From NCBI GenBank assembly GCA_964408945.1, contig CAYPBJ010000006.1, forward strand, positions 7,643-71,642: DNA of 64,000 nt, read 5' to 3'. The notes beneath the pieces are model-generated. The model saw only the letters and a program-made list of their open reading frames with translations. It made no database searches and had not been told where the DNA came from. The stretch comes from an uncultured Rhizobium sp. Its GTDB lineage: Bacteria; Bacteroidota; Bacteroidia; NS11-12g; UBA955. Shown in pieces: positions 37,897 to 45,523 of the stretch (positions within the stretch are counted from its first letter, which is position 1; the number at the start of each line of letters is the position of its first letter). Made by a program: the position numbers and the translations under genes.

Positions 37897-38849
37897 TGAA
37901 ATTTAATAAAATCAGTAAGTATTGGGTTGTTGCTTTTGCACTGGTTGGGGCCTTTTCGTCCCTTAGTGCTCAACAAGTAGCCTTAACTACACAATATGAT
38001 TTGATTTCCAGCATACAGAATCCAGCATATAACGGGTTAAATAGAAACCTTAAAATTGACGCACTTTCAAGGGTACAATGGGCCAATTTCCCCGGAACAC
38101 CTCGATATTCTGCTGTGGCTTTTCAGTCGCCACTGAATAAGGACTTTTCACTGGGAGCCAATTTTCAAAATTTATCTATTGGTCAATTTAAGGTTGCTTC
38201 TCCTATGAGTATGACCTCAATGGCTGCTGATATTGCCTACCACAAGCAGCTAGATAAGAATATTTTTGCCGCTGCTGGACTAAGATTAGGAGTATTTAAT
38301 TCTAGCTTGAGAATTTCACAATTGATTTCAGATGCGCCAGCAGATGCAGCTCAGACGGGCAACGATTATAATTTTAATGCTCCTTTAGTGGGTGGGGGTG
38401 TTATGTTTTATGGCAAGCAATATTATATCGGAGCCTCACTTCCTCAGTTTGCCGTGGTGCCAAAACAGTTGGTTGATAATATCAATCTTGGGTATAATGC
38501 CCGATCCTTTTGGTCATTTAATGCTGGTTACGTATATAAATTTAATAAAAAATGGCAGGTTAAAACAACGGCTCAAGCTCGTAAATACAGCAGTTTGCCA
38601 ACAGTTTGGGATGCCAATATTTACGGCATTTATGAAGGTGTTCTAACCCTTGGATATGGATATAGAAGTACCGGTTCAAATGCATTTTTAGCATCCATTA
38701 GAGCCAATGATTTGATCAAAGTGGTTTTTGCTTATGAATCGGGTACCATATATGATGATCAAACGCCTTTCAATTCTATTGAGTTTGGTATTTCATATCA
38801 GATTGATTACAACAAAGAAAAAACCAAAGTAATTCCTCGTCAATTTTAA
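37893..38849 (+). CDS. PorP/SprF-family T9SS outer-membrane protein
   Basis: Signal peptide, then AQQVALTTQYDLISSIQNPAYNG (family N-terminal signature), 318 aa. The ATGA overlaps the stop of the upstream type-B CTD cargo gene. Confidence 0.85.
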   Translation: MMKFNKISKYWVVAFALVGAFSSLSAQQVALTTQYDLISSIQNPAYNGLNRNLKIDALSRVQWANFPGTPRYSAVAFQSPLNKDFSLGANFQNLSIGQFKVASPMSMTSMAADIAYHKQLDKNIFAAAGLRLGVFNSSLRISQLISDAPADAAQTGNDYNFNAPLVGGGVMFYGKQYYIGASLPQFAVVPKQLVDNINLGYNARSFWSFNAGYVYKFNKKWQVKTTAQARKYSSLPTVWDANIYGIYEGVLTLGYGYRSTGSNAFLASIRANDLIKVVFAYESGTIYDDQTPFNSIEFGISYQIDYNKEKTKVIPRQF

Positions 38850-38859
38850 AATAAACTGA

Positions 38860-40740
38860 ATGTTAAGACCTGAATATTTATTCCTTTGGATACTCTTCCA
38901 TTTGGCTGCTGTTGAATTACCCAAGGGGATTGCCAAACGAGGACAGCCAAGCATGAAAGCTACAGAATTGGTAGAGCGAATGCAATATCAAGAGGCAATA
39001 GCTGAATATTCTACATTGAAGAAAGTCAAATCAGCCAACGAAATGAGATCATTGGCTGTTGCGTTTTCAAAACTAGGGTACACTGATACTGCTATGAGTA
39101 TTTATAAGCAATTGGTGAAAAAATATCCCTCAAAAGTAACCCCATCAGATAAACTGAATATGGCTCTTTTGCTGAATAAAATGGGTGAAAAAGTAGAGTT
39201 TCTTACCGTGCTTAATGACTTGAAGACAGTTGATTACGCGGGCTTGCCAATATTGAATCAGGCTGACCCTGAACTGTTCTTGCAGCAAAGTAAGCCACTA
39301 GAATCTCAATTGTCTGTTCCTCAAGTACAAAAAATTGAATCTAATAATGCGTGTTTTCTGCCGGTTAAAGATCCAGTTACGGGCAAATGGTGCTTTCATG
39401 AACGTTTTCGAGTAAATGGTGGGCTACTTTCTACGGTTTCTTCGGCCGATGGGCAACCTTATACAAAGATTATGAAAGCCAATATTTGGTCTTCTGACAC
39501 TTTGAGCACCAAAGGTATTTTGTTGGAGAGACAGTTATTGAATAAGAATTTTGAGTTATCCTTTATAGATTCTTTTGGTAACATGTATGTCACTACCAAT
39601 CATTCATTAGTAAATGATAGCGATGATTACTTGTTGGATGTGTTTAAATATTCATTTAATCCCAAAGTAGGTGATTACTCTTTGAAAAGTCTACATTTTG
39701 ATAAATGGAACAGTAATTTAGCGGGCTTTGTAATGAACCCAAACCAAACCAAGGGCTTGTTCTATTGTGATGTGGCAGGCGGTTTTGGCAAGTCGGATAT
39801 TTATATGTGCGATATTGTATGGACTGAAGACCGCACACCAACTTTAAGTAATTATTTAAACTTGGGGGATCAAATTAATACCTTATTATCAGATATTGAC
39901 CCAGTTTTTATTACAGATGAAATTATTGCATTTTCAACCGAAGGGCATATTGGATGGGGTGGTTCTGATATTTATTTCTTTAATACCATGAATAATCGAC
40001 TGGTGAATGCGGGTAGGCTTATCAATTCACAGGCAAACGAATTTGCACCCAAATTCTATGACGGGATCTTATATTTCTCTACAGATAGATACGGCAATAA
40101 GTCAAAAATCATGAGAGTAGAGTTAAGTTTAGATTTACTTGACCGAGTGATGTTTCCTGAAAACTATATTGTAGAGAATACTTTCCCAGATGAAATAGCA
40201 GATAATAAATTGCCTGAACAACAAATGGATATTAGAGATGAATCTAAGATCAGTAATTTAATCCAAACCATGGCAGTAGCTGAACCTGAGAAATACAATT
40301 ATGCTAAGGGGTTGAATTTCTTGATGTTATCTGATTCGGTGCGATTGGAAAAAGCCCGCAATATTGATAGTGCTTCAAATTACCGTGATTATCAGTTTAT
40401 TACTTTATTGCACCCAGTAGGTGACATTGTTGTTGACGCAAATTTTGAGAATGAATTGTTGATTCTCACTGAAGTACTGAAACGCAGATCTGATTGGAAG
40501 GTGCAGGTAAGGTCACATACTGACAGCAAGGGTTCTAAAAATGCCAACCGAAAACTATCACAAGAAAGGGCTGACTTTTTAAAAGTGTATTTAATATCAC
40601 AAGGTGTGCCTGCTAATCAGGTAGAGGCCATTGGATACGGAGAAGAGTTGCTTCTAAATCATTGTATAGATGGTGCACCTTGTTCGGAAGACGAACATCG
40701 ACGCAACAGAAGAACAGAATTATTGCTTCAATTAAAATAA
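38860..40740 (+). CDS. OmpA-family protein with N-terminal TPR-like and central beta-propeller-like regions
   Basis: C-terminal OmpA motifs VQVRSHTDSKGS...N..LSQERADFLKVYL, GYGEE and HRRNRRTELLL. TPR-like helices are at the N-terminus. Overall architecture matches the gene at 305..3097. Confidence 0.8.
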   Translation: MLRPEYLFLWILFHLAAVELPKGIAKRGQPSMKATELVERMQYQEAIAEYSTLKKVKSANEMRSLAVAFSKLGYTDTAMSIYKQLVKKYPSKVTPSDKLNMALLLNKMGEKVEFLTVLNDLKTVDYAGLPILNQADPELFLQQSKPLESQLSVPQVQKIESNNACFLPVKDPVTGKWCFHERFRVNGGLLSTVSSADGQPYTKIMKANIWSSDTLSTKGILLERQLLNKNFELSFIDSFGNMYVTTNHSLVNDSDDYLLDVFKYSFNPKVGDYSLKSLHFDKWNSNLAGFVMNPNQTKGLFYCDVAGGFGKSDIYMCDIVWTEDRTPTLSNYLNLGDQINTLLSDIDPVFITDEIIAFSTEGHIGWGGSDIYFFNTMNNRLVNAGRLINSQANEFAPKFYDGILYFSTDRYGNKSKIMRVELSLDLLDRVMFPENYIVENTFPDEIADNKLPEQQMDIRDESKISNLIQTMAVAEPEKYNYAKGLNFLMLSDSVRLEKARNIDSASNYRDYQFITLLHPVGDIVVDANFENELLILTEVLKRRSDWKVQVRSHTDSKGSKNANRKLSQERADFLKVYLISQGVPANQVEAIGYGEELLLNHCIDGAPCSEDEHRRNRRTELLLQLK

Positions 40741-40774
40741 AAAAGGCGGCCTATTGAGGGCCGCCTTTTTTTTG
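40740..40774. terminator. Bidirectional intrinsic terminator
   Basis: AAAAAGGCGGCC-tattgag-GGCCGCCTTTTTTTT lies between convergent genes. Confidence 0.85.
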
Positions 40775-40787
40775 GATTAGTCTAAAT

Positions 40788-41222
40788 TTATTTTGACGGA
40801 ACGCACATGGTTACAACATAACCGCGCGTTTCATCTCCTTTGAAGGTTATATCAATATCAATATTTCTTCCACCAGATTGAGCGGTTAACGAGCGCAACA
40901 TGGATTCTGCAATAATAAAACAACCTTGGTAGCTTGGAGTTTCCTTAAAGCTTATTGGAAGTTTCGCAAAACTTTTTGGAGGGTTGCATGGTGCTGGTTC
41001 ATTGCCTCCTGCTCCTGGTGCACCCATACGCGGTGAAGTTGGCATGCCAGGTCTACCCTGTTCATTACTTATTTGAAGAGTAGCCTTTTTAATGGTGATC
41101 ATTTGGTTAGCGAAACGCTGCGGATTTTTAGTGAAATCCATAGCACTTGTTAACACACCTTGTGAGAATGAATAGCTGATGCTCAATAGAGCAACGATAA
41201 TAAATGAATATACTTTTTTCAT
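40788..41222 (-). CDS. Hypothetical secreted protein, paralog of the gene at 41248..41739
   Basis: Signal peptide MKKVYSFIIVALLSISYSFSQ. Shares an ordered motif set with its neighbour (..F.(K/Q)NP, Q(I/L)SN, C..PKS(F/W).K, C F(I/V)I, (I/A)D(I/L)(D/T)I). The centre is a Gly/Pro-rich linker. Confidence 0.6.
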   Translation of the reverse strand: MKKVYSFIIVALLSISYSFSQGVLTSAMDFTKNPQRFANQMITIKKATLQISNEQGRPGMPTSPRMGAPGAGGNEPAPCNPPKSFAKLPISFKETPSYQGCFIIAESMLRSLTAQSGGRNIDIDITFKGDETRGYVVTMCVPSK

Positions 41223-41247
41223 GTTAAATTTAAGAGTGTATTTGAAA

Positions 41248-41739
41248 TTAAGGATTGATCTTTATTCTAGTAATTCTATGAATTGCTCTAGTGTCAACCT
41301 TAATAGTTAAATCTGCATTTACCTCTCTGTTTGCAGGTAATACGTTGGCCATTTTATCGTAAATAACAAAGCAGTATTTTGCTTCATTTTTAGGAGGGAA
41401 GAAAACATCCATCTTCACCCAACTCTTTGGAGCCAAACAACGTGTTTGTTGTGGAGTAGTAGCACCTGTACCTGTTGTGCCAGTTCTACTTTGAGTATTT
41501 ACGCTTGGAGCGGTAACGGTTTGAGCATTTCCAACACCGACATTTCCTGCAGGAGGTAGAACTGCCTGAGGAGTTGCAACCGTGTTGGATAGTTGACACT
41601 GAATATTTCTAATAATGATGGTTCTTCCGTTGTATGCGCTAGGGTTTTGTGCAAAAGTTAAGGCATCTACTACTAATTGTCCATAACTCAATCCAACAAA
41701 AAGCAGGGCAAGAGAAAGTAAGGAGATTGTTTTTTTCAT
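41248..41739 (-). CDS. Hypothetical secreted protein, paralog of the gene at 40788..41222
   Basis: Signal peptide MKKTISLLSLALLFVGLSYGQ. Same motif order as its neighbour, with a longer Thr/Gly/Val/Gln-rich low-complexity centre. Confidence 0.6.
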   Translation of the reverse strand: MKKTISLLSLALLFVGLSYGQLVVDALTFAQNPSAYNGRTIIIRNIQCQLSNTVATPQAVLPPAGNVGVGNAQTVTAPSVNTQSRTGTTGTGATTPQQTRCLAPKSWVKMDVFFPPKNEAKYCFVIYDKMANVLPANREVNADLTIKVDTRAIHRITRIKINP

Positions 41740-41793
41740 AGTGTGTTTGGTTGTTTACATTCGAATAACAAAATATGTGCCAAAAATAAGCAA

Positions 41794-42135
41794 TTAATGG
41801 TTTGGTTCATTGCTTTTTATTGAATCTTGTTGACCAAAATATCTCAACAAATAATACAAACCCAAAATAATCAGTATTCCGGCAACTCCAATCTGTATAA
41901 CATTTCGATCAGGTATTAACCTATTTAATACCAATACGTTGCCAAATCCGAAGATTATCCAACCTAATTCGCTTTTGAATTTTGCTTGTACCAAAATCAA
42001 AATACCAATCATAGTAACCAACGAAGGAAACGATAAAAGTATTTCTGGAAGATGAATATTTAAAGCGTGAAGTAGCCATAATATTCCAATGGTAATTAAA
42101 ATGATACCGCCAACTAGGTAGGATTTGTTTTTCAT
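41794..42135 (-). CDS. Small integral membrane protein (about four hydrophobic spans)
   Basis: 113 aa, almost entirely hydrophobic helices (LVGGIILITIGILWLL, LVTMIGILILV, WIIFGFGNVLVL, IQIGVAGILIILGLYYLL). No family assigned with confidence. Confidence 0.55.
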   Translation of the reverse strand: MKNKSYLVGGIILITIGILWLLHALNIHLPEILLSFPSLVTMIGILILVQAKFKSELGWIIFGFGNVLVLNRLIPDRNVIQIGVAGILIILGLYYLLRYFGQQDSIKSNEPNH

Positions 42136-42243
42136 AGATTTTTGGGAATTGAGGTTTAAAGCGAAAATAGTGTAATTCTTATAATTGGGATGAACATTTA
42201 TTCACAAAGCGATGATCGTCAGAATTTAACGACCAACTAAAGC

Positions 42244-42257
42244 ATGATAAAAATCAT
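42244..42257. promoter_or_regulatory. Candidate FNR/CRP-type operator ATGAT-AAAA-ATCAT upstream of the ccoI unit
   Basis: A perfect 5-4-5 dyad with a TGAT-N4-ATCA core. The extended context ATGAyrAAAATCATATTT is shared with the site at 45255. Confidence 0.4.
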
Positions 42258-42321
42258 ATTTAGCTTTGAGTTAGGTCATTGGTTGCCCATTTTCAAGTAT
42301 GGAACTTGCATCTTGGAATTC

Positions 42322-42819
42322 ATGTATTTTACTCCTGTTGCCGATATTGCCCAGAGCCTTAAACTCATTGAGATTGATTTAATTCCTTCTCTTAAATTTC
42401 AATCAGAAAAATTACTGAAATCTGTTGATTTGAATAATGAAACTCGAGGCGATGATATACAATTTTATGTTATTGTTTATCAATTTAATCAAGAGTTACA
42501 GAGTCTCGCTAGGTTGCTATCTATGATATTGTTTCCTGCAATTAGAAAAACTCTTGATAAACAGAAAGAACCTCCGGCATTGCATGGTTTTAATATAATT
42601 AGATCTATTCACAAAAGACAGCAAAATGCAATTTCCAAGCTTAGAGAAATTTGCAATCAATATACCGTGGAATATGATTGGAAGGAACAAAAACAGTTGC
42701 ATTGCCATAATTCCTATCAGTTGGAAGCTGCGTTTTTGAATTACCTGAATTTCTTTGAGTCGCAGGTTTTGTTCAAGTTGGAAAATGCCAAATTAAACAT
42801 TGAAAGAGATCATGATTGA
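42322..42819 (+). CDS. Hypothetical protein coupled to ccoI (165 aa from ATG 42322; 191 aa if started at 42244)
   Basis: The ORF's stop TGA (42817-42819) overlaps the ccoI ATG at 42812 (ATGATTGA). It looks helical, and I recognise no family. The start is uncertain because ATG 42244 is itself part of the dyad listed above. Confidence 0.35.
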   Translation: MYFTPVADIAQSLKLIEIDLIPSLKFQSEKLLKSVDLNNETRGDDIQFYVIVYQFNQELQSLARLLSMILFPAIRKTLDKQKEPPALHGFNIIRSIHKRQQNAISKLREICNQYTVEYDWKEQKQLHCHNSYQLEAAFLNYLNFFESQVLFKLENAKLNIERDHD

Positions 42820-45238
42820 AAGCGTGAAAGAGATAGAAGTATGCTTCCACTGCGGTGTTAAAACAAGAAGTCCCATTGTAAAACACAATCTTGCCTTTTG
42901 TTGCAGAGGTTGTTTAGGAGTTTATGAATTGCTTCAGGAAAATGAACTTTGCAAATATTACGATTTCAATTCCACTCCGGGACAAACCGTTGACCAGTTG
43001 AAGGATCATGCTCATAAGTTTGCCTTCTTAAAGGATCAAAAATTATTAGAGCAATTGCTTCAATTTCAACAGGATGATAGACAGCATATAAAGTTTTATT
43101 TACCTCAAGTTCATTGCAGTTCTTGTCTGTATCTCCTTGAAAATTTGTATAAAATTCACCCTGGTGTCATCGGCAGTAAATTGAATTTTGCTGAAAAGCA
43201 CTTAGAAGTTGCTTACAATACCACAGAAATAACAGCCTTTGATTTAGCTTTGGCTCTAACCAAACTAGGATACGAACCGTATTTTAGTTTGAGCGATTTA
43301 GGAAACAGCAAATTAAAACCTAAAACAGAAAATCACCGCTTGTTCCAATTGGGTGTGGCTGGATTTGCTTTTGGTAATATTATGTTGTTGAGTTTCCCTG
43401 AATACTTTGCCTATGGCTCAGATTTGGATGGATTAAAACCTTATTTTCAATGGTTATCCATGTTGCTCATAGTACCTGTGATTACCTACAGTTCTTTGGA
43501 ATTTTATAAGTTGGCATGGGGTGGCATCAAAGAAAAATACCTCAACATTGATTTGCCCATAGTATTGGCTATGGCTATAACGTTTTTCCGAAGTTTGTAT
43601 GAAATATATTACCATATCGGACCGGGATATTTTGATTCTTTGAGTGGTATTGTTTTTTTTATGTTGTTAGGCAGAACCCTGCAGGATAGAACCTACAAAT
43701 CCATAACTTATAATCGTGATTTCACATCGTATTTTCCAATTTCGTCAACGGTATTTGAACAGGGAAAGGAAATTTATAAGTCGTTGCATGACATAAGAGT
43801 GGGCGATGAGTTAATTATTCATAATCAAGAAGTTGTACCCGTTGATGGTTTGATTGCAGCCGGAAAAGCCACCATTGATTATAGTTTTGTCACAGGAGAA
43901 AGTCACCCAGTTGAATTAGATGCGGGCTCCTGGGTTTATGCCGGAGGCCGTCAATTGGGTTCATCGGTGAGAATATTGGCTCAAAAGTCGGTTTCTCAAA
44001 GTTATTTAGTATCGCTTTGGGAAAAGTCAACGAATCAAATCCCTCGCAAACAAGACCCACAGAGCACAAATGAAAGCAGTTATGTTCAAAAGGCAAGCAT
44101 GTATTTTACCTTGGGTGTATTTACAGTTGCAACTTTTACAGCGATTTATTGGAGTGTTCTTAATCCAACTGTTCTTTGGAATGCAGTTACGGCCGTATTG
44201 ATAGTGGCCTGTCCCTGTGCTTTGCTGTTGAGTGTGACATTTACTCATGGTCATTTTTTAAGTCTATTTGCAAAGAATGGATTGTTTGTTAAAGGTTCTA
44301 AAGTTTTAGAAAATTTGAATCAGGTAAACCACATGGTTTTTGATAAAACAGGTACCGTCACAGATTCTCAAAATCCCCATATTGATTATGTTGGAAATGC
44401 CCTTACAGAAACAGAATTAGATGTCATTGGTTCTTTGGCAAAAGAATCAGTTCATCCTTATGCTAGATTTCTTTCCAAACATCTGAATAGGGTTAACGTG
44501 TCCATTGATGAAGTTGAAAATAAACTTTCGGCAGGAATTAAAGGTGTTTGGAATGGGATGGAGATGAGATTGGGTTCAACAGATTTTGTAGAGTTATCGA
44601 GTAATCAAATATTTGAAATCAAGCAGGGGTCAAAGATTTGGGTGCGCATTGGAAGCAGTGTCAAAGGGTATTTCGTGTTCAGTTCAAGTGTAAGGGAGAA
44701 TTTAGCATCCCCTTTAAAAGAATTGGGACGAAAATATCCAATGGCGGTTCTCAGCGGTGATTTGAAAGACGATGAAGGTCTGATGCGTGAAATCTTCCCC
44801 GAGAAAACCAACCTCCTATTTGGACAAAAACCCCACGATAAAAAGTGGTTTATTGAGAATTTAGAACGTTCGGGAAAGAGAACTTTGATGTTGGGAGATG
44901 GACTTAATGATGCTGGGGCTTTGATGAGTAGCTCGGTGGGAATTGCGGTAACCGATGATATAGGTTATTTCACCCCAGGAGCTGATGCTATTTTGGAAGG
45001 TAAATCGCTTCAACAGTTGCCAAAATTATTGAAGATGGCTCGGTATATGAAAAACATCATTTGGTTCAGTTTTGCGATTTCGGTGGTATACAATATCGTT
45101 GGTCTGAGTTTTGCGGTACAGGGAAAATTGAATCCAATAATAGCGGCAATTTTAATGCCTTCCAGCTCAATTACCATTGTTTTGATTACTTGGATTGGCA
45201 GTGTTTTATCGGCAAAAGCGTTGAAGTTGAAGTCATAA
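42812..45238 (+). CDS. ccoI: Copper-translocating P1B-type ATPase for cbb3 oxidase maturation (CcoI/FixI)
   Basis: N-terminal Cys-rich domain CFHCG...CCRGC. Motifs CPC (VACPCALLLS), DKTGT (FDKTGTVT) and GDGLND (MLGDGLNDAGAL). Located in a cco cluster. The tracked TTG at 42800 is an alternative start. Confidence 0.9.
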   Translation: MIESVKEIEVCFHCGVKTRSPIVKHNLAFCCRGCLGVYELLQENELCKYYDFNSTPGQTVDQLKDHAHKFAFLKDQKLLEQLLQFQQDDRQHIKFYLPQVHCSSCLYLLENLYKIHPGVIGSKLNFAEKHLEVAYNTTEITAFDLALALTKLGYEPYFSLSDLGNSKLKPKTENHRLFQLGVAGFAFGNIMLLSFPEYFAYGSDLDGLKPYFQWLSMLLIVPVITYSSLEFYKLAWGGIKEKYLNIDLPIVLAMAITFFRSLYEIYYHIGPGYFDSLSGIVFFMLLGRTLQDRTYKSITYNRDFTSYFPISSTVFEQGKEIYKSLHDIRVGDELIIHNQEVVPVDGLIAAGKATIDYSFVTGESHPVELDAGSWVYAGGRQLGSSVRILAQKSVSQSYLVSLWEKSTNQIPRKQDPQSTNESSYVQKASMYFTLGVFTVATFTAIYWSVLNPTVLWNAVTAVLIVACPCALLLSVTFTHGHFLSLFAKNGLFVKGSKVLENLNQVNHMVFDKTGTVTDSQNPHIDYVGNALTETELDVIGSLAKESVHPYARFLSKHLNRVNVSIDEVENKLSAGIKGVWNGMEMRLGSTDFVELSSNQIFEIKQGSKIWVRIGSSVKGYFVFSSSVRENLASPLKELGRKYPMAVLSGDLKDDEGLMREIFPEKTNLLFGQKPHDKKWFIENLERSGKRTLMLGDGLNDAGALMSSSVGIAVTDDIGYFTPGADAILEGKSLQQLPKLLKMARYMKNIIWFSFAISVVYNIVGLSFAVQGKLNPIIAAILMPSSSITIVLITWIGSVLSAKALKLKS

Positions 45239-45254
45239 ATCTTTGTCATAAAGT

Positions 45255-45268
45255 ATGACGAAAATCAT
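45255..45268. promoter_or_regulatory. Candidate FNR/CRP-type operator ATGAC-GAAA-ATCAT upstream of ccoS-ccoNO
   Basis: TGAy-N4-ATCA core located 62 nt before the ccoS ATG. It is embedded in overlapping dyads: GTCATA-aag-TATGAC at 45245-45259 and ATCA-tatt-TGAT at 45264-45275. Confidence 0.4.
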
Positions 45269-45329
45269 ATTTGATGGTGAGCAACATCATTTTCGTTTTT
45301 AGCAAAAAATAGTCACTTTGAAAATAGAT

Positions 45330-45506
45330 ATGTCGGTAGTAATAATCTTAATGATCATGAGCATTTTGGTGGCTGGAGTATTTCTAGCGGCCTATTTGTG
45401 GAGCGCAAAAACTGGGCAGTTTGAAGATCCTGAAGCAAATGCAAACAGAATACTGCACGATACAGAATTGGTAAAGAACAACATCATTAACAAGCACTTA
45501 AACTAA
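45330..45506 (+). CDS. ccoS: cbb3-type cytochrome oxidase assembly protein CcoS
   Basis: A single TM helix (MSVVIILMIMSILVAGVFLAAYLW) followed by KTGQFED, the typical CcoS signature. Position is between ccoI and ccoN. The tracked ORF starts at TTG 45318. Confidence 0.8.
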   Translation: MSVVIILMIMSILVAGVFLAAYLWSAKTGQFEDPEANANRILHDTELVKNNIINKHLN

Positions 45507-45523
45507 TCCCAATAATCTTTATA

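Noticed and set aside
42322-42819. Weak resemblance of the ccoI-coupled ORF to hemerythrin/HHE-type domains (LFPAIRK, scattered His/Glu).
   Set aside because: The diagnostic H...E and HxxxEE residues preceding the LFP motif are not present (it reads QFNQELQS...). The match rests on one short hydrophobic motif, which is not supportable without a profile search.
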